Positions 1-13,028 are shown, numbered from the stretch's first letter. The stretch: 64,000 nucleotides of DNA from Octopus sinensis (GCF_006345805.1 NC_043002.1:92442001-92506000), one strand, 5' to 3'. Notes: generated by a model from the letters alone, not told the origin. Numbers and translations: made by a program.

Positions 1-260
1 ATACTACATACATACATACATACATACATACACACATACATACATGCATACATACACACATACATACATAAATACATACATACACACACATACATACATA
101 CATACATACATACACACATACATACACACATACACACATACATACATACATACATACATACACACATACACACATACATACATAATACATACATACATAC
201 ATACATACACACATACATAATACATACATACATACATACATACATACATACATACATACA

Positions 261-290
<30 letters not shown>
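1..290. repeat. (TACA)n microsatellite with CA variants
   Basis: Tandem TACA units read directly; source of the spurious MYVC ORF 4..354. Confidence 0.97.
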
Positions 291-291
<1 letters not shown>

Positions 292-632
292 GCAAGCCTC
301 TGTGCGTGTATGTGTGTATGTGTGTGAATGTGTTGTATATATATGATGGAGCAATAAAACCCCAAATTATTTTCCCTATGTTGTGATGTTCATTTTCGCT
401 TTATATGAGTTTCCTGTAGTCTCCTAGCCGTGTTTCCGTTCCTAATCACAGAAGACATGGTGACTTACTAAACGATTGTCCTACTTCTTTATAAAAACCT
501 GAGCACTCGGTGACATTGCCAACTCTACTCTGTGTTGTGTATGTGTGTTTGTGCATGTGTGCCTGTGTGTGTGTGTGTTTGTGTGTGTGTGTGCGTGTGT
601 GCGTGTGTGTGTGCGTGTGTGTGCGTGTGTGT

Positions 633-675
<43 letters not shown>

Positions 676-2906
676 GTGCGTGTCTAGTGGTAAACATATT
701 TTTGTGGGAAACAGAATAGGAAATAAAATCTATATAAAACATTAATATATTACATGAAATATTTTTGTTCATTCATTCTCAGAACTGTAAGCTATTTTGC
801 AGTTATATGTGGGCGGCTTTGGATTCCAAAACAAGGCTCATTCTTCCGGGTTTAAAATGACCTTTTCTATATTTGAAATATTTCTACGCGAAGTACTTGG
901 AACTGACCATATTTGTGTCCATGCTATAGTGTAAATGCTGACTCACGCATGGTTATACATCGGGATATGCATTGTGAAACTCGACTCATGACCGAGTAAG
1001 GCCACTTCCTACATCCATTTCACTCTAGGAAACATCTCATTTTCGGCCTCCCTATCGCTGATTATGTTTCATATGGTTCCTAAGGCCTGCAAGAGTGTTA
1101 CAAGCCACGCCACATCGATTACAAGTAAGCTCTCCAGCAGCAGACTGACCATCAAGTCGGGTTCTACAATGCCGAATGGGTCAAGTGGCCAACCCACATC
1201 TCTGCTAACCAACGTGCATATTACATTGGTTGACTAGGGCGTCCCTGAAACTAAGCTTGTGGCTGAGTAGGTCTGCCTTTGAGAAGCTGACATAATTAAA
1301 CGTGTGTACCCGGTACATATTGCATGATCGGACCATCAGCTGCTAAACCGGCAGCCCTAGCCTGTTTGGCAAGGTGGGTAGTTACCGTTGCATGAAAACA
1401 AACGAAAACCAAGCAAAAAATCCTGCAGAGCGTAACCAAATCGGCCAAGCTGTGGATGAACTCAACAGACTTTGAACATCCAACAGCTAGGAGCATGACA
1501 GATATACTTACATACCTATATATATTCTTACGTACGTACGTACATACATACATACATACATACATACATACATACATACATACATACATACAAGAAGTCG
1601 ATGCTCCTTAAATCTTATGCAGGCTCAGTCATCTACTACAGTCACTTGGGATACTAGATTAGACACTTGAAGAGATCTGCGACTTGAAGCTCAAGACAAG
1701 GGCACTAACCGCCATTGGTGACTATTATTTCCACAGTGACTCTAAAAGAAAGTATGAACGTGGGAACATTATGTGTGCCTTGATGGCCTGAGATGTTTAT
1801 TAAATAGTAAAAGAAAACGTGACTATATCAAATGTATATTCAATAGTGAAAATAATAAAATTATGTGTGGGGATGAATAAAACCCGAATAGATAGATATC
1901 CTGAGTGTGTAGCTGTTCCATGGGGCCATGAGTGCTTGGACTAACAGAAATTTATAGGAGGAATACTCATCATAACAGGAGAAAATTACACATGGGTGCA
2001 CGCAAGCTTGAGAACGCAAACATTGACAGGAAGTGTAGTCTCTCCTGGAGGTATAATAGATACATCATATCCCAAGTGTAGTGAAAACCTTTGCTATACA
2101 GGAACAAGAGCTAGTTATTAGCTGATTAATAAGAGAAGGATGTTTATAAGCTTCAGCGTTGTTATAGAATCTATCACACACGTCATCACATACATATCAC
2201 ACACGTCATCAGCAGCTGTCTGATAGAGATCCACAAGTTATTAGGTACCTATGTGATATGACATCGTAGTCACAACTGATTAAAGGGCTGTCGGTGGAAA
2301 AGATTGCAATAACGATCATACCAAAGCCACTCCGGAACCTGAATACATCCACATCATTTGAAATGGAGAAAGGTAGTGTAACAGACCAATAAAGCAGCAT
2401 TCCTGTGGAGACATACCATACTTGATATTGTTCTTTAAGACAGGGAATAAATCTAATGCACTCTTATAGAAGTCAGCTGCCCAGGAGATGTGGATGTCTT
2501 GTTTAAAAGTGTGGGAAAAGAAAACGTCAAAAACGATTTAACGCAGAACTTGTATGTATTGTATTCTAGCAGAAGATTTTTTTTATTTATATTCAATATC
2601 ATTGGTACCCTGTAATGTAAGAGCAAATTTACGTTATAGGTTTAGATTATTGACGTTTTCCATGAAAGAAAAGAGTTAACTCATATGCGCATCTTTCAAA
2701 TACAATTGATCACCGAAAATTTATAAAACATCCTACGGTTTCTCCATTTGAGTTTCCTAAAGAGTTCAGTCGAAATTGCGAGGATGATCCGGTTCTTGAC
2801 TGAAGATTGAAGGCTTCGAATGTCTCGCCCGTGTTTTTTGTATCATCTTCTAAATGTTTTGCTTTCTTGTCCCAGTTTGTATTTGTGATATATATATATA
2901 TATATC

Positions 2907-3300
2907 AGTGCAGGCGTGGCTGAGTGTTGAGAAGCTTGCTTCCCAACCACATGGTTCCGGGTTCAGTCCCACTGCGTGACACCTTCGGCAAGTGCCTTCT
3001 ATTATAGCGTCGTGCCGACCAAAGCCTTGTGAGTGGATTTGGTAGAGAGCAACTGAAAGAAGCTCGCTGTATATGTGCGTGTATGTATGTGCGTGTCTGT
3101 GTCTGTGTCTTTGTGTCTGTATTTGTCCCCCTACCATCGCTTGACAACCGATGTTGGTGTGTTTACGTCCCAGTAACTTACCGGTTCGGCAAAATATACC
3201 GATAGAATAAGTCCTGCGGTCGAGTTCTTCGACAAGAAAACCCCTTTAAGGCGATGCTCCAGCATGGCTACAGTCATATGAATGAATCAAGTAAAAGAAT
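2907..3300 (+). mobile_element. tRNA-derived SINE family A, diverged copy
   Basis: Head ...CCAACCACATGGTTCCGGGTTCAGTCCCACTGCG (B-box-like GGTTCAGTCC), internal (TG)-rich tract and tail AAGTAAAAGAAT. The same sequence recurs more than 12 times in the window. It may match one of the published octopus OK/OR1/OR2 SINEs, but this is unverified. Confidence 0.85.
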
Positions 3301-3818
3301 ATATATATATACATGCCCACACACAAAATTCCATGTGGAGATGACATACACATTTATACTTCAAGTAGAATAGAACACGCGATCATCTGGTCGATAGACA
3401 AGCACACGCATTACATGGCAGCAAATATATCTACGCATGTGCTTGCATATATTCACTCATTAACTTGCACACATATTTACGAAGCCAAGGAACTGTCTAG
3501 ACGCAAACAAAAACGCTTTGTCACTTTGTACGTGAATCCTCTTGAATTCTGAGAAAAATAAAATCATAAATACACGCGCCCACACACACTCTTTCATACA
3601 TACATACATACCTACATACATACATACATACATACATACATGCATACATACATACATACATACATACATACATGCATACATACATACAAACATACATACA
3701 GTTGATATATCAACGAAAAACTGCAATGACCTAGCATGACCGCAATTTAACGACTGAGAGTAGTTGAAAATCATAAAAACAAGTGTGTTAACGTGTTTGT
3801 GTGTGTGTGTGTGTGGTG

Positions 3819-3849
<31 letters not shown>

Positions 3850-3967
3850 GTGTGTGTGTGAGTGCGTGTGTGTGTGTGCGCGCGTATATATATATATATA
3901 TATATACACATATCTATGTCTGTGTATGTGTGTGTACATACAGATATATATATATATATACATGCAT

Positions 3968-4005
<38 letters not shown>

Positions 4006-4010
4006 ATATA

Positions 4011-4348
4011 CTAGGGGATAGCCGTAAGTAACCGGAAACGTTCTCTGTAGGACAAACCCGCTGTAGTTCAGGCTTCCACCGCTAGAATCCACTTAATGCC
4101 ATCCTCGGGCATCAGTCTGTCAACCGGCGTCATTCACTGAGGTCGTACTGCCACGTTCTGCGTCTTTGTTTTGCAGTTCCTGTCCCCTGTTCGTCGATTT
4201 TTGCGATGGCTGAAACGTAGAAACAGGGTGCTTCCGTGAAATTCTGTTTTCTGCTGGGGAAAACAGTGGCCGAAATAGTTGTCGTGCTCCAAACAGCTTA
4301 CAAGGACGCTGCCATGAGCAAAACACAAGTTTACGAGTGGTTTACACG
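4011..4348 (+). mobile_element. mariner-type DNA transposon, 5' fragment (TIR-like start plus N-terminal HTH)
   Basis: Follows a TA run. Encodes KFCFLLGKTVAEIVVVLQTAYKDAAMSKTQVYEWFTR, typical of a mariner transposase N-terminus. Truncated at (TA)n. Confidence 0.8.
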
Positions 4349-4469
4349 TATATATATATATATATATATATTATATACCGCTAGAATCCACTTGATGCCA
4401 TCCTCGGGCATCAGTCTGTCAACCGGTGTCGTCCAGTGATGTCGTACTGCCACGTGCTGCGTCTTTGTT

Positions 4470-4660
4470 TAGCCACTACACACATTTGTTTCTCTCCTTG
4501 TTTCTCTCCTTGTTTTTTCTGTGTCCCTTTCTGTAGAAGAGCGTAGGCTCGAAACGTAAAAGACTTGTTCTATTCCTGAGCGTTATACTAATACATCTGT
4601 TTGTTTTGTACACCACCTGTCTTCGTCTTTTGTTTGTTTTTTTTTTCGTAAACTCTCCCT
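4470..4660 (+). mobile_element. Penelope-like terminal repeat fragment with variant minimal hammerhead motif (copy 1)
   Basis: TTT-CTGTAGA-A-GAGC-GTAG-GCTC-GAAA-CGT-A-AAAG at 4528-4562; near-identical copy at 6357-6559. PLE assignment is inferred from the motif architecture. Confidence 0.6.
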
Positions 4661-4995
4661 GTATATATAGATACATATATACAGACAGACAGACATAAAT
4701 ACATACATACACGTTCAGTTTCATACCATTTATTATTGGAGCAACATGGTACGTACCAAGCCACCTCGATCGAGCAAAATAAGCCTGAACTCAGATTCTT
4801 TGGGGAGCAAATGCAAATTTTTTTATTCATATGCTACAAATGGTCAAGATGAATGGAGCCGTAAATAGAATTGCTTAATATTTAAAACTTGCCTAATATA
4901 AGATCCTTTTCCTCACAACCTTTCCACTAAGCAGGTGGCCGGTCAGAATTGACTCTAAATTGAAAGTAGAGAAAATGCACACACATACATACATG

Positions 4996-5034
<39 letters not shown>

Positions 5035-5380
5035 ACATGCATACATACATGCATACATACATACATACATACATACATACATCCGTGAGATAAAATCGTG
5101 CAGTTTTTTTATTAAGTCAACATGATTTCACCTTACGGATGTATTAAAATTTCGTTTTACTCCATAGACCAACGATATTGTGCGACCTTATTATATAATA
5201 TACATAGTAATAGCACCAGTCGTGGTTTAACCGAAACAGCTGTAAAGAGAAGTCTGTTACATTATTCTTTTAATTTCTTTATTTATATTATGCCTACTTT
5301 TCTTTATTTGCTATTTTTATTATCATGTATGTATGTATGTATGTATGTATGTATGTGTGCGTATGTATTCATATAGATAA

Positions 5381-5440
<60 letters not shown>

Positions 5441-5487
5441 GCAGACAGACAGACAGACAGACAGAAAGATGGATGGATAGATAGATG

Positions 5488-5541
<54 letters not shown>

Positions 5542-5625
5542 CCGACAGACAGACAGACAGGAAGATAGATAGATAGACAGACAGACAGATACATACATAC
5601 ATACATACATACATACATACATACA

Positions 5626-5655
<30 letters not shown>

Positions 5656-5656
<1 letters not shown>

Positions 5657-6307
5657 GTATCTGACGAGGAATGTCACAGGTATCTAAGGATAGATAAAAA
5701 TATACCTTACAATGGCACCTGTAACAAAACACGTGTCACTAAAGAATATTACAGCCGAATAAATGTTTGCAGTGCCAGTATTCATACCAACTTTCGGGCT
5801 GCTTGATTGGACGCTTGATGAGATCCGAGTCATTGATGTGAAAACCCGAAAAATCCTAAAAAGCATACATAATTTTCACGTGAACGGTGATGTAGACCGG
5901 CTCTACCTAAAGCGAAAACAAGACCGCAGAGGCTTAACATCGATCCAGATTGCCTTTGAATTTCTCATCATATCCCTTTGGCAACATCTTTTAACAACCA
6001 AGTGGCAACGTGCATCCCTTGATCAAGTTTCCATACATGAGGCTGATAACATCATAAGACTTGGAAGACAGATCCTCGGGCAATATTCTTTGTCTGATAA
6101 CCTCACATCATAAGCAGTTGTCCGAAAATGTCAATACGGTATTATCTACCGATGAGACATACATACATAAAACATACAAATCTGTACATACATACATACA
6201 AAAATACCGTTGTTGATGTTGCAATTCCAATGAGGGAGCCTTGGATCTAGATTAGAAACCGTTCTTTCTCTATGTGCAAGAAATCTTGATATAAACTGAA
6301 TTATGAC
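5656..6307 (+). mobile_element. R4/Dong-clade non-LTR retrotransposon remnant (post-RT region joined to 3' UTR), internally deleted
   Basis: Reads ...YLRIDKNI...KEYYSR, then FAVPVFIPTFGLLDWTLDEIRVIDVKTRKIL...GDVDRLYLKRKQDRRGL, the R4-type AVP..FG..W...D.KTRK...DVDRLY..R..GGRGL block. Its 3' UTR is shared with 6585-6790 and 21540-21740. Flanked by TACA repeats. Confidence 0.8.
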
Positions 6308-6356
6308 ATACATACATCCATCAGAAGTTTATCATTTATATATATATATAGCCATG

Positions 6357-6559
6357 ATAGATCGTTAGCCACTACACGCATTTTTGTCTCTCCTTGTTTC
6401 TCTCTTTGTTTTTTTTTTTTCTGTGTCCCTTTCTGTAGAAGAGCGTAGGCTCGAAACGTAAAAGACTTTTTCTATTCCTGAGTGTTATACTAATACATCT
6501 GTTTGTTTTGTACACCACCTGTCTTCGTCTTTTGTTTTTTTTTTTCGTAAAGTCTCCCA
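6357..6559 (+). mobile_element. Penelope-like terminal repeat fragment with variant minimal hammerhead motif (copy 2)
   Basis: Near-identical to 4470-4660; core CTGTAGA at 6433-6439. Confidence 0.6.
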
Positions 6560-6584
6560 ATATATATATATATATATATATATC

Positions 6585-6790
6585 AGCATTCTAGATATGC
6601 AACTATATGCATGAGAATACATGCAATAAAACAAAACATACAAATTTGCACATATACATACATTCATACATACAAACAAAAATACCCTGATGTTGATGAT
6701 GAAATTCCAATGAAGGAGCCTTGGTTCTAGGTTAGAAACCATCTCTTCCTCTATTGACAAGAAATGGCGAAATAAAACTGAATAATGACA
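6585..6790 (+). mobile_element. 3' UTR fragment of the TACA-associated R4/Dong element
   Basis: GATGAAATTCCAATGAAGGAGCCTTGGTTCTAGGTTAGAAACC...AAAACTGAATAATGAC matches 6200-6307 and 21640-21740. Confidence 0.7.
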
Positions 6791-7107
6791 TCCAGCCATC
6801 CATATGTAAATACATACACGCACACACACACAATCACACACCCATGCATGCACACTCACACACACACACATACATACACGCACACACATACACACACACA
6901 CATACTCACACGCACGCACACATGCACTCACACGTCATGACACACAACGCCAACGTGGTAGTGGAGCTGTTGAATGTTGATATCATGAAAGCCTATAGTG
7001 CTTAAGACAGATTATGAACCATTGATCCCTCTGCCTTATCCACTCGGCTGTTTACCAGATTAACTTTCATTTTTATAAACAAGTAAAAACTAGTAATAAT
7101 CGATACC

Positions 7108-7511
7108 TATTTCTTTACTCCCCACAAGGTGATAAGCACAGAAGGGAGAAACAAGGACAGACAAACGGGTTAAGTTGATTATATCGACCCCAGTGCGTAA
7201 CTGGTACTTAATTTATCGACCCCGAAAGGATGAAAGGCAAAGTCGACCTCGGCGGAATTTGAACTCAGAACATAACGGCAGACGAAATACCTATTTCTTT
7301 ATTGCCCACAAGGGGCTAAACATAGAGGGGACAAACAAGGACAGACAAACGGGTTAAGTCGATTATATCGACCCCAGTGCGTAACTGGTACTTAATTTAT
7401 CGACCCTGAAAGGATGAAAGGCAAAGTCGACCTCGGCGGAATTTGAACTCACAATGTAACGGCAGACGAAATACCACAAAGCATTTCGCCGGCGTGCTAA
7501 CGATTCTGCCA
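7108..7511 (-). mobile_element. tRNA-derived SINE family B, head-to-tail dimer
   Basis: Two ~180-bp units (...GAGTTCAAATTCCGCCGAGGTCGACTTTGCCTTTCATCCTTTCGGGGTCG... on minus) joined at AAAGAAATAGGTATTTCGTCTGC. Confidence 0.88.
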
Positions 7512-7879
7512 AATATACAAGATTCGTTTGAGCCAACTCATAAACCTGCAAATTAAAAGACTTATATCCGTATATTTAATGGCAGAATCTGTAGAATATT
7601 TGACAAAATTGATTGTTGTGTTCAGGTAAGTCCCTTTATTTTCTGAGTTCGATTTTTTGCCGATATCGACTTTGTTATTCATACTAATGAGGTCGATAAA
7701 ATAAAGAAACAGTTCAATACTGAGATCAATATAATCGATTTCATCCTCACATAAAACATGTGTTCTTGTATCAAACTTAAATATCAGCATTTACAGTTGT
7801 GTAAGGCGGCGACATAGCAGAATCGTTAGCACGCCTGGCCAGGTGCTTTGCGGCATTGCGTCCATCTTTTTTCTCTTTT

Positions 7880-8283
7880 TTTTCTCTTTTACTTGTTTCA
7901 GTTATGTGACTGCGGCCATGCTGGAGCACCGCCTTTAGTCGAGCAAATCGACCCCAGGACTTATTCTTTGGACGCCTAGTACTTATTCTATCGGTCTCTT
8001 TTGCCGAACCGCTAAGTTACGGGGACGTAAACACACCACCATCGGTTGTAAGCGATTCTGTGGGGACAAACACAGACACACAAACATATACATACGCATA
8101 TATATATATATATATATATATACGATGGGCTTCTCTCAGTTTCTATTTACCAAATCTACTCACAAGACTTTAGTCAGCCCGAGGCTATAGAAGACACTTG
8201 CCCAAGGTGCCACGCACTGGGAATGAACCCGGAACCATGTGGTTGGTAAGCAAGCTACTTACCACACAGCCACTCCTGCGCCT
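7880..8283 (-). mobile_element. SINE family A, full length
   Basis: Reverse complement of the family A head (GGCGCAGGAGTGGCTGTGTGGTAAG) to the AAGTAAAAGAG tail. Confidence 0.88.
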
Positions 8284-8289
8284 ACATCT

Positions 8290-9775
8290 CTACATTTTGA
8301 GTTCAAATTCCGCTGAGGTTGACTTTGCCGTTCATCCTTCCGAGGTTGTCAAAATAAATACCAGTCGATCAAGGGGCTGGATATAATCGACTGACCACAA
8401 CCCACCCACCTCCGAAATTACAGGCCTTAAGCCAAAATTTGCGACCAATTTTTACGGTGGTGTAAAGCGGTGAGATGGCAGAATCGTTTGCACGTCGGGC
8501 GAAATACTTAGAAGCATTTCGTCCGTCATTACGATCAGAGTTCAAATTCCGCCAAGGTCGACTTTTGCCTTTCATCCTTTTGGGCTCCATAGAATAAGTA
8601 CCAGTTTAACTTTGGGGTCAAAATAATCTACTTACCGCGCACCCCACCCGAACATGCTGGCCTTGTGCCAAAATTTGAAATCATTATTAATACGATTACT
8701 AAGGTGGAAAGCTAGCAGAATCATAGATATGCCAGACAAAATACTTAGCGGCATTTCGTCAGTCTGTAGGTTCTGAGTTCAAATTCCACCGTTGTCGACT
8801 TTGCTTTTCATCCTTTCAGGGCCGACAAATTGACAAGATGAGCAGAGAGGTAGATGTAATCCAGGAGCTTCCTACTCCAAATCGACCCCAGGACTTATTC
8901 TTTGGACGCCTAGTACTTATTCTATCGGTCTCTTTTGCCGAACCGCTAAGCTACGGGGACGTAAACACACCACCATCGGTTGTAAGCGATTCTGTGGGGA
9001 CAAACACAGACACACAAACATATACATACAAGATGAGCAGAGAGGTAGATGTAATCCAGGAGCTTCCTACTCCAAATTTTAATACTTTTATCTATAGATG
9101 AAAAGATTATTACTTCTGCAAAATCTCCGAGCTAGCAGAATGGTTACCTCCTCAGACAAAATGATTAGCAATATTTATTCTCGCTTAAAGGCGGCGAGCT
9201 GGCAGAAACGTTAGCACGGCGGGCGATATGGGTAGCCGTATTTTGTCTGCCGTTACGTTCTGAGTTCAAATTCCGCCGAAGTCGACTTTGCCTTTCATTC
9301 TTTCGGGGTCGATAAATTAAGTACCAGTTACGCGCTGGGGTCGATGTAATCGAACTTAATACCTATGTCTGTCCTTGTTTGTCCCCTCTATGTTTAGCCC
9401 CTTGTGGGTAATAATGAAATACGTATTTGCCCATTGCTATGTTCTGAGTTCAAATTCCGCCGCGGTTGACTTTACCTTTCATCCTTTCGGGGTCGATAAA
9501 TTAAGTACCAGTAAAACACTGGTGTCGATGCAATCGGCTAGTCCCCTCCCACCAAATTTCAAGCCTTATGAAAAGGTTATTATTATTATTATTATGAATC
9601 GACAGCATGTCAGGCAAAAGGCTTAGCGGCATTCTGAGTTAAAATTCCGCTAAAGTCGACTTCGTCTTTCATCCTTTCGGGGTCGATATGATAAGTACCA
9701 GTTGAACACTGAGGTCGATGTGACTTACCTCCCCGAAACTACTGGCTTTGTGCCAATATTTACGCTGATGAATAC
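8290..9775 (+). mobile_element. Cluster of about six diverged SINE family B copies/fragments
   Basis: GAGTTCAAATTCCGC...GACTTTGC...TTCATCCTTT recurs near 8300, 8540, 8775, 9260, 9445 and 9635. The best copy is 9187-9420. Confidence 0.75.
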
Positions 9776-9964
9776 TGTAAAGGCGGGAAAATATTTGACT
9801 AGCCATCATGAACAAACACATTTATTCTTGATGCTAACTAAACATCGGGTCAACCATGATCCAGCGCGCCTATATTCAAGGATAATCCAGCCGTGAATTA
9901 TCCTCTCCTATTTTCATGCATAGTTTATCTAGGATTATATAATCTAGATCTCTTTCTTTTTTTT

Positions 9965-10615
9965 AATCTTTTTACTTGTTTCGGTCATTAGACTGCGGGG
10001 CCATGCTGGAGCACCCCCTTGAAGAATTTTAGTCGAACGAGTCGGCTCTTGTACTTACCTTCTGATGCCTGGTGCTTATTACATCGATCTCTTTTGTCAA
10101 ACAGCTAAGACATAGGGACGTAAACACACCGACACATCTTCTCAAGCCGTAGAGGGACAGACACAAACACACACACACACACACACACACACCACATATA
10201 TATAACAGAAAGAAACACGTCGTACGACGTACTTCTTTCAGCTTCCATCTAAGAAATCCACCCACAAGGCTTTGGTCGATCCGAGGGTAAAGAAGGAGAC
10301 ACTTGCCCGAGGTACCATGCAGTGGGACAGAACCTGGAATCATGGGATTGAGAAGCAAACTTCTTATTTCTTTACTGCCTACAAGGGGCCACACACAGAG
10401 GAGACAAACAAGGACAGATAAAACGGATTAAGTCGATTACATCGACCCCAGTGCGTAAGTGGTTCTTATTTCATCGACCCCGAAAGGATAAAAGGCAAAG
10501 CCGACCTCGGCGGAATTTGAACTCAGAACCCAGCGACGGATGAAATACCACAAAGCATTTCGTCCGGCGTGCTAAAGTTTCTGCCAGCAAACTTCTTACC
10601 ACGCAGTCGCTCCTT
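9965..10615 (-). mobile_element. SINE family A with a nested family B insertion (~10367-10588)
   Basis: The family B insert is bounded by a 13-bp direct repeat AGCAAACTTCTTA (10354-10366 and 10586-10598). Confidence 0.8.
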
Positions 10616-11640
10616 TTAATTCCCTATTCTTTTAGACAGTAACGTGTAACATGACTGAACTTAGCTGCTATTTCTAACAGTCGGGGCAATCATGTGGTCT
10701 TCCTCCGTCATTTTACAATTTCTGTCAACTAACCGCCCTCACATCATCAACTTCCTGAAATACGTCAAGCTGAAGTGTCAGCCATATTAAAGTACAACTC
10801 ACATATCCGGGACGGTATTTTAGCTATTACTGCTGCTGTTGCTGGTGAGGTATTGCTGCTGCTGCTACTACTATTACTATTACTATTATTCTTGCTGCTG
10901 CTGTTCCTACAGTTCCTACACCCACGCAAAACATTAAAATATGAAGAAGAAAAAAACAAATAAAGAAAGAGATAAACATTCAAAACGAACCGTCATCCTG
11001 ATTGGCAAATGATTCACTCAGCAGCAGGCATCACCGATGAAGTGACTATGCGGTCGCTCAGCCTGCTGGACATAGCAGCTAAATATCCCCCAATACTGTA
11101 ATTTAGAGAAAGGAAGGACAAAATTAATAACGAACAATGAATGGTGAACAATGAACAATAAACAATGATGGCTCTGACGTGATAGTCACGGCCGGAATAC
11201 TTTTGATCATAAGGTTGCTGACTCAGGATCAATCCAAGACTATCGACAATCACTGCGTTGTTTGTCTCCTTTGTCCTTTCTATGGTTATTCTAACAGTTT
11301 CAGCTCATCTGAATAAATTGAACAGGGCCTAATGTGTGCCTGAGACCACCCATTGTCCCCGGATGCCACCCGATGCCATCCGATGCGACTCGATGTCAAC
11401 CGATACCACCCGACGTTACCGGATGTCAAAATTCTAATACTCACATAATAACTTGAGCCAGTTACAGTGCCTCAACGTGCTAGAAATAGCAGTCAAGTGA
11501 ACTGACATCACTTCTACTCTCAACTATATTTGAACAAAAAGGTTAAGATTGTCACAGATTATTCGCTTTCGTCATACTCATACGGACCAACAATGTACGC
11601 TATCATTAATCAAAATCTATATCAAATACTTTCACAATCC

Positions 11641-12292
11641 GGCGTAGGAGTGGCTGTGTGGTAAGTAGCTTCCTTACCAACCACATGGTTCCGGGTTCAG
11701 TCCCACTGCGTGGCACCTTGGGCAAGTGTCTTCTACTATAGCTTCGGGCCGACCAAAGCCTTGTGAGTGGATTTGGTAGACGGAATTTGAAAGAAGCCCG
11801 TCGTATATATGTATGTATATATGTATATTATATATTATATATATATCACATGGTTCCGGGTTCAGTCCCACTGCGTGGCATCTTCGGCAAGTGTCTTCTG
11901 CTATAGCTTCGGGCCGACCAAAGCCTTGTGAGTGGATTTGGTAGACGGAAACTGAAAGAAGCCTGTCGTATATATGTAATATGTATATAATATATAATAT
12001 ATATATATATATATATGTGTGTGTGGTGTGTGGTGTGTGTGTGTGGTGTGTGTGTGTGTGTGTGTGTGTATGTTGTGTGTCTGTGTTTGTCCCTCTAGCA
12101 TTGCTTGGCAACCAATGCTGGTGTGTTTACGTCCCCGTCACTTAGCGGTTCGGCAAAAGAGACCGATAGAATAAGTACTGGGCTTACAAAGAATAAGTCC
12201 TGGGAGTTGATTTGCTCGACTAAAGGCGGTGCTCCAGCATGGCCGCAGTCAAATGACTGAAACAAGTAAAAACCAAAAAAAAGAGTAATCCT
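11641..12292 (+). mobile_element. SINE family A with tandem duplication of its 5' half
   Basis: The block CACATGGTTCCGGG...GAAGCC(C/T)GTCGTATATA occurs twice (~11682-11810 and ~11847-11975). Confidence 0.88.
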
Positions 12293-12685
12293 TTCATCCC
12301 AGCGTATGACACCGACTGGAACTTTCTCCTTTTGTACAATGTTGTTATTGTTGTTATTGTTAAGTCACAAGTCAGCTCTAAATGAGCACATTTATATCCA
12401 AATACATTTTAACTGTGAGCATCCCGTGTAATATGTCAAGGACAACATTTTCGAATGAGTCCTTCCTTTCTTTCATCTGTAAGGTGATATATCCAATTTT
12501 GAACCCAATATTTACATGCTGTTATTTATAGCTTTATGTCCTTCGAGATATTAAAAATATAATATATATTCTATACGGATATATCTATATATATAATAAT
12601 ATAGATATATATATTATATATATTAAAACAGTATTGGTGAATTGAAGAAATGGAGCTGAACGCAGATTGAACAGAAATCGTTTTA

Positions 12686-12775
12686 TTTCATTCTACACGT
12701 GTTTCGAAAGGCACAAATTACCAAAATCCGATTGAATAATGGGACCATATTGTGTCTTTCTCTTCAGGAAGAAAA
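12686..12775 (-). ncRNA. Type I hammerhead ribozyme motif (left arm)
   Basis: Minus strand: stem I UUUCUUC, core CUGAAGA, stem II GAAAG.CACAA/UUGUG.CUUUC (G10.1-C11.1), GAAA, palindromic stem III ACACGUGU, cleavage triplet GUA, stem I partner GAAUGAAA. Confidence 0.75.
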
Positions 12776-12936
12776 AGGAATCCGTGGAAAAACAAAAACA
12801 GAACAGAGGCGGAGCAAAAAACAAATCGAACTGTGCTCCTAAGAGCCCATGGCGAAACTCCATGGGCTCTTAGGAGCACAGTTCGTTGTTTTTTGCTCCG
12901 CCTCTGTTCTGTTTTGTTTTTCCAAAGGATTTCCTT

Positions 12937-13028
12937 TTTTCTTCCTGAAGAGAAAGACACAATATGGTCCCATTATTCAATCGGATTTTGGTAATTTGTG
13001 CCTTTCGAAACACGTTGTAGAATGAAAT
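12937..13028 (+). ncRNA. Type I hammerhead ribozyme motif (right arm)
   Basis: CTGAAGA at 12945-12951, GAAA at 13007-13010, GTA triplet at 13017-13019. One extra T in stem III relative to the left arm. Confidence 0.72.

Noticed and set aside
1000-1490. Possible LINE apurinic endonuclease remnant (…VYPVHIA*SDHQLL)
   Set aside because: Only one short motif resembles the family, amid many stops; not enough to call.
5661-5700. CTGACGA hammerhead-like core
   Set aside because: No stem II/GAAA follows; it lies in R4 coding sequence.
8833-9077. CRISPR-like repeat-spacer-repeat
   Set aside because: Only two 50-bp repeats, the spacer is a local SINE copy, the context is eukaryotic and there are no cas genes.
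11360-11430. Degenerate 10-bp tandem repeat (CGATGCCACC-like)
   Set aside because: Short decayed minisatellite with no further signal.
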